NCBI GenBank assembly: GCA_026025795.1
Contig: JAPEUG010000107.1
Span: forward strand, 1-44,811
Direction: 5' to 3'
Length of the DNA stretch: 44,811 nt
Source: Thelocarpon superellum
Lineage: Eukaryota
Under the pieces are notes generated by a model. That model made no database searches. It was not told the DNA's origin and worked only from the letters and a program-made list of their open reading frames with translations. Made by a program: the position numbers and the translations under genes. The first letter of the stretch is position 1; each line of letters opens with the position of its first letter. This document shows positions 1 through 10,184 of the stretch, one piece after another.

Positions 1-36
<36 letters not shown>
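1..36. repeat. (TAG)12 microsatellite, truncated by window edge
   Basis: Perfect TAG x12 read directly from the sequence. Confidence 0.98.
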
Positions 37-423
37 GAACATGGTGTAAGAGGCATGACATATTACGATTGTCAAAGAGCGCCTTAATGCTTCATGAGGT
101 CTGACAGGCTGTGTCAGTTGCAATCTGGACTTCATCTTTTTCGCCAGATTCGGAGTAGGATCGGGGATGCCAACCCCTGTGGTTGGTCGCTACATCCTTC
201 ACGCCTAAGTTGCACCTTAGCAGACAATCTAGCAGGGGCACTTGGTGATGTGATTCATGCAACTGCTTCCTCTGGAAATAACGTGGCACCTCATCGTCCG
301 GGTCCGACTATACATATTCTCTCGCCTGTGGTCCAAGATGTCGTTCGCTCTCTCTTCAATCACCAGCAAAGTTGGCGATCCAACCTAGGACCAGTCACCG
401 GAACGTGGCTTCAACTGAGCGCT

Positions 424-1700
424 ATGGCACGCCTCTTCTCCTGCACGCCTCTTCTCCTGCACGCCTCTTTTCCTGCACGCCTCTTCTCCTGCTCGCCCAT
501 CCTTCGGCATCTGCTGTGGATCCTCTTTAGCAGTGTCGTCGTGGTCACCGGAGTTAGGAACGATGGTAGGACGGAATTCGGTTTTAAAACGGGCGATGTC
601 TACTGCTCCAGAAATTTGGGGATAAGACTTTCACAAAGCAATTGCGAGTCTGTCCTTAACCAAATGCCTGACGATACAAACAAAATCACTTTGATCGGAC
701 CAGGCCACTCGGCGAATATGGCGGATAAGAGCAACGTGAATTACCGCGAGGTACCTCTGACATACGGTTCGACTGGAGCGGGTGAGTTCTTCCCTTGGAT
801 GGAGTGGCGGTATGGCTTGCATTCAAAAGACGAGGATTCTCTGCAACGATAAGAGACGAGACTGACGTGAAGCGCAAATTTCAGGCTGTTCCATTGAAGT
901 GAATCTCAATGGCACTAATGGTTTTTACCCAACTACGCCATATGTATTGAGACGTGGTTACGCTCGATCAGTCATCGAAACTTGCGTAGAGCGATGGCAA
1001 CTCGGTGGCTTTAAGGTGTCTGTTACTGCGTTGGATCTCCTTACTGATGAAATCCTCGCCCATGGGACACGCTTGCCTAAACCCAGTGAGTGTTATGTCG
1101 AGGAACCCTCTCAACCATGTCAGTTGACGCAATTTAGGCGAGTTCTTCCCCCGTCCTGATCTGCTGATTGTATCTGTTCGTGGTGCCGACTCACAGTACC
1201 CTCAAATGGCATATGCCATGATAGAGGTCCTCCTTAATCGTCTGGAGGAAGTAAAGGTGTTTCCCCTCAATTTCCCAGCAAGAAGACGCAGGGCGGAAGC
1301 TATCCAAAGACTCGAAGAAATGCGCCGAACTAGCTGGCACGGATCATGGTTGGATTACTTCTACAACATATCTCCAGCGCTGGCTGGGTCTAATTCTTCG
1401 GCTGAGTCGTCTTCGGCCGAGTCGTCTTCGGCCGAGTCGTCTTCGGCCGAGTCGTCTTCGGCCGGGTCGTCTTCGGCTGGGTCGCAATTGGCCGGGTCAT
1501 CTATGGCCGGGACGTCTGCGGCTGGATCCTCAGCCGCGTCAGCATCGCAGGTGTGCGTTCCACGAGCTTTGCGCCATCGCCATCGCCATACACGCGTCAA
1601 TGGGCGGCCTCCACCAAACACCCGGGCTCGACCTCTGCCCTGTCTCCCAAGGAATGGTGGATTTGTTGCTGGTGCCCTCGGATCTCACCTTGGACCCTGA
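424..1700 (+). CDS. Probably secreted Cys-containing hypothetical protein with Ser-rich repeat tail; exons 424-781, 885-1085, 1138-1700
   Basis: Three ORF fragments join in frame through two canonical introns (782-884 GTGAGT..ACTGAC..TTTCAG; 1086-1137 GTGAGT..TTGAC..TTTAG). Hydrophobic N-terminal segment LLWILFSSVVVVTG. Spaced Cys motifs YCSRNLG..SNCESVLNQMP..PLTYGSTGAGCSIEV..ARSVIETCV..GGF resemble small secreted fungal protein families (family link from recall, not searched). Confidence 0.75.
427..497 (+). repeat. 16-bp tandem repeat GCACGCCTCTTCTCCT x4 plus partial copy
   Basis: Units at 427, 443, 459 (one mismatch) and 475; partial GCTCGCC at 491. Confidence 0.95.
1395..1529 (+). repeat. 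15-bp coding tandem repeat (TCTTCGGCCGAGTCG) encoding SSAES/SSAGS
   Basis: Six near-perfect units 1395-1484 followed by about three degenerate units. Confidence 0.95.
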
Positions 1701-2737
1701 TCAGCAATCGACAATCTTTCTCGTCATCATCACGGAATCATTTCGGAGACGTCCATCACGGGCAGACATGCACCGCTGCCACGCCAATCAGTGTATCAAG
1801 ATTCCGTCGACGAGAGGCAAAGATGCAGCGGTTCATGTCTCTTGAGACCACGAAGCTCGATGGCGTGGTGGGTCATGAAGGCGAAGGGTGGAGGATGTGA
1901 CGGGGAGGGAGCTATGTCGTCTTGTATGCTTTTGGCCTGTCACCCAGGGGAGTGCGAGTCGCGCGGTCGGGGTATCGAGCCTGCGGAGTGGGGCCACACA
2001 TTTGTTTTGGGGAGCTGAGCAACACAAGATAGACCACGGGTTTTTCATACACTTCTTAATAGAATGGAATCCTTCTTCTGCTACCAGTCCTGATAATTGC
2101 ACTCATTCCAACCTGTGCAATATTCGTCTTGCGCAGGGAGAATACGGCGAATGATAGTGTTCAGGCTAATATAGTTTTGGAAAATCGGCTTGGATCTCCC
2201 CATATTAAATATGTGCTCTAGGAACCCCTAAAGCGGCGTTCCCCGTTCTGCCTTTCGCGAACAATTGTGATAGCTGCAGATTATGTCATCCTTCAGCAGC
2301 TCGAAGAGAGCCAGGCAGAGCACGTGATGAGCATGACAAAGCCAGAGATGAACGTCGTCATCAGGCAGCTAAGGGCAGGCAGCTGAGGCACGCTAGTCCT
2401 ATAGAAGCAACGACCCGAGCTACCTGACCGACCCAACTCAAAACATGTGACCCTGTTCCCCCTCCAACCACGACTGCAGCCAGCGTCCTGCCGTTGCCTC
2501 TAATCAGTTATCATCTCTTCTCCTAACATCATCGCCACCTTCATCCTCCCCATCAAGGCTTCTTCTCGTCCTTGAGTCCTCCCGTCTTCAGCTGTCCAGC
2601 ATCTTGCCAACGACGACTCTCGCTCCTTTGCCTGCTTCAGGACGCTGACAAGGTACCGACCCCAACGACTATTAACAGTGCTCCGATCGAATCTTCTTCT
2701 TGCCGGCGACTCAAGTTGTACTCTGTCGCTCGCAAAG

Positions 2738-4513
2738 ATGAAGGTCGCTGCATCTGCGCTGCTGCTCGGCGCAGCTTCGGTCACAGCGTCGTCGCCCTTT
2801 CAGCAAGTCTTGCAGGATGCTCTACCGGAGACGCTCCCCAAGTCCGCCAGTGACTGGTCCAAACCCCTCCACTCCTTCGCCGACTCGTTGAAGGCACTCT
2901 CCGCCGAGGCCAGAAGCGCGTGGGATGAAGTGGCCATGTTGTTCCCCGAGGCCATGGACAAGGCGAGCTTTTTCTCGTCGCCCAAGCCGCACGTGCGTCG
3001 ACCGGACACCCACTGGGATTACGTCATGAAGGGTGAAGAAGTGCAGAAGGTGTGGGTGATGAATGCAAATGGGGAGAAGGAGAGGGACGTGGATGGAAAG
3101 CTGGAGCAGTACAACTTGCGGGGCAAGAGGGTGGATCCGAGCAAGCTCGGTGTCGATCCTACTGTAAAGCAGTACAGCGGCTATCTTGATGACGAGGAGG
3201 AAGACAAGCACTTGTTCTACTGTGAGAACGATCCACGGGCAGGAGCTGTCTGCATTCGCTAACCAGAGAAGGGTTCTTTGAGTCTCGCAACAACCCCAAG
3301 ACCGATCCGGTGGTGCTGTGGCTTAACGGTGGTCCGGGATGTTCCTCTCTCACGGGCCTCTTCCTGGAACTGGGCCCGTCCTCGATCGATGAGGATCTCA
3401 AGCTGCATTTCAACCCATACTCGTGGAACGCCAACGCGTCCGTGATATTCCTCGACCAGCCGGTCAATGTGGGTTTCTCCTACAGCGGCAATTCCGTCAG
3501 CAATACCATCGCCGCGGGCAAGGATGTTTACGCCCTCCTCACCCTGTTCTTCAAGCAATTTCCCGAGTATGCGACGCAAGACTTTCACATCGCTGGCGAA
3601 TCTTATGCCGGCCACTACATACCCGTGTTCGCCTCAGAGATCTTATCGCACAAGAAGCGAAACATCAACCTGAAGTCGGCGCTGATCGGCAACGGCTTGA
3701 CGGACGGTCTCACTCAATACGAATACTATCGTCCCATGGGCTGTGGCGATGGAGGCTGGCCCGCGGTGCTCGACGAGGGCGAATGCCAAGCCATGGATAA
3801 CGCCCTTCCCCGCTGCCTGAACTTGATTGAGACGTGCTACAACAGCGAGAGCGTGTGGTCGTGCGTGCCGGCGTCGATCTACTGCAATAACGCCTTACTC
3901 GGACCGTATCAGCGAACTGGACAGAATGTGTACGACGTTCGCGGCAAATGCGAGGATTCGTCCAACCTGTGCTACAAGGAGCTCGGATACATCACCAAGT
4001 GGCTCAACCAGAAGGAAGTTCAGACGGAGCTTGGCGTTGAGGTGGACAACTATGATAGCTGCAACTTTGACATCAACCGCAACTTCTTGTTCCAGGGTGA
4101 CTGGATGCTGCCATTCCAACGCCTGGTGCCCGGGCTGTTGGAGAAGATTCCGGTGCTCATTTATGCTGTGGGTTTTCATCTCCACAGCTGAAATCCGCAT
4201 GATACTGACAACGAAACAGGGCGACGCTGACTTCATCTGCAACTGGCTCGGCAACCGAGCGTGGATGGAGGCACTTGAGTGGCCCGGGCAAAAGAAGTAC
4301 AACGCGGCACCGACGTACAACTTGACGCTCAGCAGCGCTTTCGACGACGCGACTACCACTAGCGTAGCCGGCACCAAGACGGGCGAGTACAAATCAGCGG
4401 CCAACTTTACCTTTGTTCGCATCCATGCTGCGGGCCACATGGTGCCTCTCGATCAACCCGAGGCGAGTCTTGACATGTTGAACCGCTGGTTGGACGGAGA
4501 ATGGTGGGCGTAA
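2738..4513 (+). CDS. cpyA: Vacuolar serine carboxypeptidase Y (peptidase S10); exons 2738-3221, 3272-4167, 4220-4513
   Basis: Signal peptide [11 protein letters not shown], propeptide, [29 protein letters not shown], catalytic Ser in GESYAG, Asp in GDADFICN, His in AGHMVP. Two introns restore the frame. Confidence 0.97.
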
Positions 4514-4870
4514 GGGAGACCAAGATGGAAGATTCTCTGTTTGAGAGGAAGGAGAAATGACGAGGGATGGGTTATGGTTTACACTTGGTACATGGTACCG
4601 TCCCGGTCGTCACTATTTCATATCGATAGGCTCAGTCAGGCCATAGATGTAGGTAGGGTGGAAGAACGTAACAGCAATGCAGGACACATTGAGAGGGAAA
4701 AGACAAGGATGAGAATCAGGAAATCATGGAGTACATTGCTCGGATATCTTAACAGGACAGGAAGAACCAATCCAACACAATCATCAGTCGTTCCGGTCAC
4801 AGTTTCGACAATTGTAATTGACACTCATCAATCATATTCGAAGACGCACCGACTGCTCATCGACTCAGTC

Positions 4871-6606
4871 CTAATAACGCACGGACGCCTTGTGGAGTTT
4901 ATTCCGATCATGCTTCTCATGATGCCCATATTTCTCTTGCTCGGCGGCAACAGGGACAGTCGTGGCAGCGGCGGGAGTGGAGCCAAGGATCGGGCCGTGG
5001 GCTGTCCCATTCGCTTGATTGGGATAATGGACGTGGTTGTTGACGTTATCCTTGGGGGGAGTCTGGGGACTGGCTTCATCACGTCGAGTCTCTTTCTTGT
5101 CACGGTGCAGGAAGCTAAAGAGCCCGTGTCCATGTCCGTGTCCCTTGCTCTCACGCTGTTGTTGCTTCTGCTCGTGTCGCTGTTCCTTGGCCACCTCGCG
5201 AGTCTCGTGCTTTTGCTCGTGCTTGTGCGCTTCGTGGGTCGCGACTGCGCCGCCTGCACCTACCACCCCGAGGTCTCGGCCATCGTGGCGATCATGATGG
5301 CCGTGGGTGTTCGACTCTTTTGCCGCGACGCCGGCGGGCACGGGTCCACGTCCCGCCGCAACTCCGGTTCCAGGTCCCGTTCCCGTTCTCGCTCCAGTTC
5401 CAGCGCCAGCACCAGGCCCCACTCGATCCGCGGAAACATCAATGTACGGACTCCTTCCCGTCATGGGACCGACTCTGACATTCCCCTCCGTTCCCGGCAC
5501 GGAGCCCATGGTGCGCGATCCATCGAGGTCGGAATCGACGCGCGGATCGAGCTTGTTCAGCAGATCGGACGAGTGCGGTCCTGCTGTCTTGGGCGCCGGA
5601 CCTGTGATGGGGTCCGTGGGTTGGACGGAGTTGGTACCGGCTTCGGCACCCGCGTTCCAGGGACGGATCGCGGCTGCGTCGTCGAAGCCCACGCGCGGGT
5701 CGAGCCGGTTGGCGGTGAATGTGGTGTGTGGGCCTTTGGCGAAATGCGTGATCTGTTCTGCCAGGCGGTGCTGGGGACCGAGTGGTGCGGGGGCGACAAT
5801 GGTACCCGCAGTGGTGGTCGGAGCGTTGGGATCGTTGTAGGAATTGGGGAATACGGGACTAGTCGAGTCATACGCATCTTGATCTGATGCGTCTCCGTTC
5901 AGGGGGAAGGAGCGTGTCGTGGAGGGGTCGTTGTTGATGGCATCTTGTTGCTGACGGTTGTGGTCGTGGTGATGGTGGGCGGCTTCAGCTCCGACTGCCG
6001 ACCCCACGGCGACATCACGATCAAGGTGGTGTTGATGAGAAGAATGAGAGTGAGGAAGAACACCAGTGTCATTGGTCGCTGCATTACCGACATTATCCCT
6101 ACTTTTATGAGCCAGACATTCGTTACATTCCAATCTCGATTCGCCGTTCTCTACCTGGCAGCAGCCGTATCCACACCCTCAGCACCGTGTTCAACCTGCG
6201 TGTCGAATGTATTCTGCCCCGTCACTCCCGTCGTGCCGTAGGCCCCGGTATGGATAACGTTGGAGGTGCGCTCAGCCTCGACGCCCTTCGGCACCGGCGT
6301 GCGTGCGGCGTTGGCCGCATGACCGTCGTGCTCAACCGCCGTGTCGAGCGGGTTGCGGCCCGGATAGCCCAGGGTTCCGTACGCCCCAGTGTGGATTACG
6401 TTGGACGTCCGCATGTTGGCAACATGGTCCGACACCGGAGACCCATTGCGGTTCTCGTTGGCGGCGGGCCCGGCGTTGGCGGGGTGGCTGACATGGTTGG
6501 TCTCGCCGTCTTTGTGTCCGACGTTGTGACTAGACATCGTGAGCTTGTGCTGCTTGGGGGATTTGCACCCGAGAGAGACTTACACAAGGTTTTTGATCTT
6601 CTGCAT
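4871..6606 (-). CDS. Fungal dehydrin-like (DPR-motif) hydrophilic stress protein; exons 6606-6584, 6529-6155, 6101-4871 (3' end may have a further exon)
   Basis: DPR motifs TAGPHSSDLLNKLDPRVDSD and KGPHTTFTANRLDPRV, as in the TbDHN1/DprA/DprB type. Gly/His/Thr-rich with C-terminal RNKLHK. Introns 6583-6530 (GTAAGT..GCTCAC..TAG) and 6154-6102 join the ORFs in frame. Confidence 0.85.
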
Positions 6607-6767
6607 CTTGATGTAAAGCGTTGATGGGTGGTCAAAAGGTATAATAGTCAAGACGTTGCGAGAGACAAGTAGATATATGTTGTAGATGATCGAGTCTGTG
6701 CTGATTGGTGCGAGACAGTTGAAGCTTAATGTAGATGGAATTAATTGTTGGGGGGTGCCAAAAGCTC

Positions 6768-6776
6768 TTTATATAA
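6768..6776 (-). promoter_or_regulatory. Candidate TATA box of dehydrin-like gene
   Basis: TTATATAAA on the minus strand about 165 bp upstream of the ATG. Confidence 0.5.
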
Positions 6777-7379
6777 TCACGGGCGAGGGAGGGCTAAGGG
6801 CTGAATTCACGACTCAACCTGGCTTGAACATGGCAGGCGTCCTCAGACTGGCTACGTAAGAAGAATTTCATCCCCCAGTCCAGCACCTACGGCAGACGGC
6901 CGCAACAGTCAAGGATGAAGTCATCTTGCATCAAGCTGAACCTGATAGGGCACGACGTGGGGAGAGAGAAATGGATGCGTTCAAGACTGGCACCCATGGA
7001 GGGGATGCAAGTGCCAGCGAGTGGCATGACGTCCACCGCGCACGCCCCCTGGGATGATCGGTCTCGTGTCGATAAGAGATTGAGGGCTCGCCACAAAGCG
7101 CACAGGGCGCAGGACACCGGCGGCTGACACTGGTGCTCGCACCGGCACTGGCACGGGCACTATCAATCTGTGGGCTGATTGACCGGAGAACGAATTGTTA
7201 GCGCCAAGAGTTTTCCTCTACAATCCCGAGGCGGTCTCCCGGCAGAGTCAGCCCGGTAGTTGTGGAATGCCGAGTACCGGAGTCGCAGGGTGGTGATGGC
7301 ACAGCGGCTACTACTACTTAGCTAACATTTAGTAGTAGTAGCTAGTGAGGGGTCGCGTCATTCTCAGGGAGAGGCCTTG

Positions 7380-7387
7380 TGACGTCA
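7380..7387. promoter_or_regulatory. Perfect CRE/ATF site TGACGTCA
   Basis: Exact palindrome in the divergent intergenic region; related half sites lie nearby. Function is inferred. Confidence 0.45.
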
Positions 7388-8318
7388 GTCCGAGGTAGCG
7401 AAAATCTTCGAGGAAATCATGGTAGCGTTAGGCCCCCGGGGCTCTTCGTCTGATGCGAAGAAACACCAGTCCAGGCAGTCACTGGAGCATTATCTCTCCA
7501 CTGGAGAGAATTGGATAGAATGTGCAATGAGACTGTTATTGGTCCACTTCTGCTTTGATCGTGTCATAACTTTCACGTCATCACTAACGCCACAACGCCT
7601 CAAACTTCACCGGTTCACGTGCCGGATTCGTGGGGCTGTCCTCGTGCTGCGCGTGCGAGTACTCGTACCCTTCCCTTGTGCACCCCAATCATCCGCTTTT
7701 CCTGCCCGTTTCCCGCACGGCCCTTTGTCAACAGCACCCAAGGTTCGAGCATGGTGCCTGACAGACGCACGGATGTGGCGGATAAGATAATTTCACCCCT
7801 TATGCGGTCAATCAGGCAGGCGGTCGCCGCCAGACAAACGAGGATCCAGTCTGAATCCAACTTTCGTACTCATTGCGCTGGGCCGCCGACGACCAGGTGA
7901 AGTCAGGCAATGCCGGACTCTATCCGTGCTCGTCAGCGCTTGCCGCTTGCCCCCAGAGCGCGTGGGCGTGCAAGCGAGAGGCATGCTAAGCACCCAGACT
8001 CGCACTCGTCCTCAAGGATCGCGTGCAGCCTTAGCCGTCCACCAATGAGCGGATGCACTTGGCCGAGAAGCGGTCTTTTCAAAATTTCCGCCATGCCGAC
8101 CCCTCCACGGCTAGACAGGAAGTGGGGAAAGCTCGAGGGCCGTAACGAAGCTTAGCTTTGGTGGACGGAGGAATGGCCCGCCGGAAAGGAAGCACGGCGT
8201 ATTGCCGCCGGGAGCTCTTCACGCATCGACCCGACCTCTCCCGCCACCGCTCCTGCTCTTCGTCCCCGTCACTTCTTCCCCTTCGTGGCGCGACGACGTC
8301 GAGAGACCGTCGGCCACG

Positions 8319-8936
8319 ATGCCTCTGCGAGAACGCATGCGAAAGGCGTTTGGCCGCAAGACGTCATCGGATGAACTGACCCCCAAGCGGACCAAATCTC
8401 AAAAGGCCGTCCTCTACCAAGCTGGCGAGCCCATGCCGCGACCCAAGTACCCGGGTCGGTACGATAAGCCGCATCAAGAGCTTCTCCACGCCTTTACATT
8501 TGGCGATGCATCGAAACGGCGAAGGAGTGCGCAGACGGAGATCAGCCCGATGGCAAGTCGTGCTCCCAGCCGCAAGAATAGCGCCATGGACACTGCTGCC
8601 CGCCACGTTGGTCAGCCTCCGCGACGCAACATGCAGGTGATGGACCGCGCTGCGTCAGACCAAGGATCGACTGGTAACGTTCCGCCGCGTCTAGGATTCG
8701 TCGGACCGTCTCGTTCATTCGGTGCTGACCCCCGCTTAGTGGCCTTATTCCCCAAACCGAATTCCGAACGAGGTGCAAAGCAACCTGAGCATGACCCGCA
8801 AAATTCGCCCCGTCCAAAACCCACGACTGACGGCATCCCGACCTCCAATGGCAGTGCCTCCATGGACCGGCACGACCTATCTGCGGCGCTCAAGCAGTCG
8901 TCGCTACGCATGCCGCCCATTACAGGATATTGTTGA
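8319..8936 (+). CDS. Small basic hypothetical protein; probable in-frame intron 8674-8739
   Basis: CCACG-ATG context. LYQAGEPMPRPKY..HQELLHAFTF..RRRS..SPMASRAPSRKNS resembles a conserved Pezizomycotina hypothetical family (recall). Intron GTAACG..GCTGAC..TTAG. Confidence 0.8.
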   Translation: MPLRERMRKAFGRKTSSDELTPKRTKSQKAVLYQAGEPMPRPKYPGRYDKPHQELLHAFTFGDASKRRRSAQTEISPMASRAPSRKNSAMDTAARHVGQPPRRNMQVMDRAASDQGSTGNVPPRLGFVGPSRSFGADPRLVALFPKPNSERGAKQPEHDPQNSPRPKPTTDGIPTSNGSASMDRHDLSAALKQSSLRMPPITGYC

Positions 8937-9183
8937 AGGTCCTTACGAGACGGCTTTTGTACGATACCGACGTTGCACCATCATGGCGTCCTCGCATGGG
9001 AGAGCGTGCCGAGTCCTCCGCGTTGTTGACTATACACTGGCGTTTTCAATAGATATGTACACAATACAACCCAGGGAAACTTCCTCACCGCAGAAGATTA
9101 GGTCGTTTGAAGCGATTCTTCCACAATGATACTGCAAACGGGCATGCTAATATGTGATGTAGTATGAGCGACCAACTGAGGGC

Positions 9184-9239
9184 GACAGGATGCTTCTAGG
9201 TGGCACGCATCATGCGTGCCCCCTAGAAGCAGACCTGTC
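9184..9239. repeat. Near-perfect palindrome/hairpin (20-bp arms, 1 mismatch, plus outer 6-bp pair)
   Basis: TGCTTCTAGGTGGCACGCAT-C-ATGCGTGCCCCCTAGAAGCA flanked by GACAGG/CCTGTC. Confidence 0.9.
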
Positions 9240-9247
9240 ACGTCCAC

Positions 9248-9380
9248 CCGTATTATGAAATGTGGCAAGTGGCTACCGGTGGTATTCATCAACCCAACAG
9301 ATGATTCACTCCATCCGAGGGAGGCTGATGATGGGTTGACATATACCACCGGCAGCCACTTGTCACATTTCATAATCCGG
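9248..9380. repeat. Long inverted repeat (45-bp arms, 5 mismatches, 35-nt spacer)
   Basis: Arm 9252-9296 versus the reverse complement of 9332-9376; extends to outer CCG/CGG. Confidence 0.92.
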
Positions 9381-9440
9381 AAACCGCCAATCAGAATTTC
9401 CTCTCACTATGACCTTCGCTCTCAATTCGCTTTCAGTCTC

Positions 9441-10184
9441 TCACCCTGCACGGGGACCGGCCCGCAACTCCACATTTTCCAGCACCCAGCTCCAATCGTA
9501 TCGAGTCAAAAAGTCACCATGTTTGTTGTACATATGTCTCTTTAGGTTGTCAGGGCGCGGCGTGACGTATCGGCAGGTCGAAACAGGACAGACCCACAGC
9601 ACGCCTGTGCCATGGACGCTCCCTTGATGGCGGATGAGCTCTCGTTCAGTCGCAAATCCTAGTGATTCGCAGGGAGAGTCCCGGCAGACGTGCGGACGCT
9701 GGTGTTGCAGGTGGTGCCGCCTGATGTTACCGCCGAATAGGGATTCATCAGACTCTTGAACCACGGGAGAGATCAGCAAGTGGAAGCACATACCGGAAGT
9801 CACACGCACGAGAGAAAGACTTGGAGCATGGCTGACATTTCAACGATGAAGAAAGACGAGACGACGGACTGCGACTGGATGGAGTGGATGATGGGGACGT
9901 TGGCGGGGACGCCGAGGGCAGGATGATGCTCCTCCTTGGGTTGGGTTGAGATATGTTTAGTTGAGTTGATGTGCTTTCGGAGGAACTGCTTCGAGGGAAG
10001 GAAGGACTGAGGTCAAGTAAAAGATTCTTTGGGTCGACGGTTTCGGGAGGTGGTTCGTCACAGACGAATGCTTCTAAGGAGGGACGAGGACTAAGGACCA
10101 AGTTGCTTGCCAAGTGGGATCTCCGCCCCAGAAGTTGCGGAGAACCCCGCAGCACAGAATGTAGAAATGGAGTCAAAAGAATGT
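9441..10184 (-). CDS. C2H2 zinc-finger protein (three fingers); intron 9793-9721; 5' end unresolved
   Basis: CQPCSKSFSRACDFR/RHHLQH, CRDSPCESLGFATERELIRHQGSVH, CPVSTCRYVTPRPDNLKRHMYNKH. A GTATGT..GGTAAC..CAG intron joins finger 1. No in-frame ATG; candidate acceptor at 10185. Confidence 0.8.

Noticed and set aside
94..423. Upstream in-frame extension of the first ORF (start at 94)
   Set aside because: Sequence is not protein-like and would bury the hydrophobic signal-like segment; ATG424 preferred, though not proven.
4541..5887. 448-aa plus-strand ORF
   Set aside because: Antisense shadow of the GC-rich dehydrin-like CDS; no recognisable motifs.
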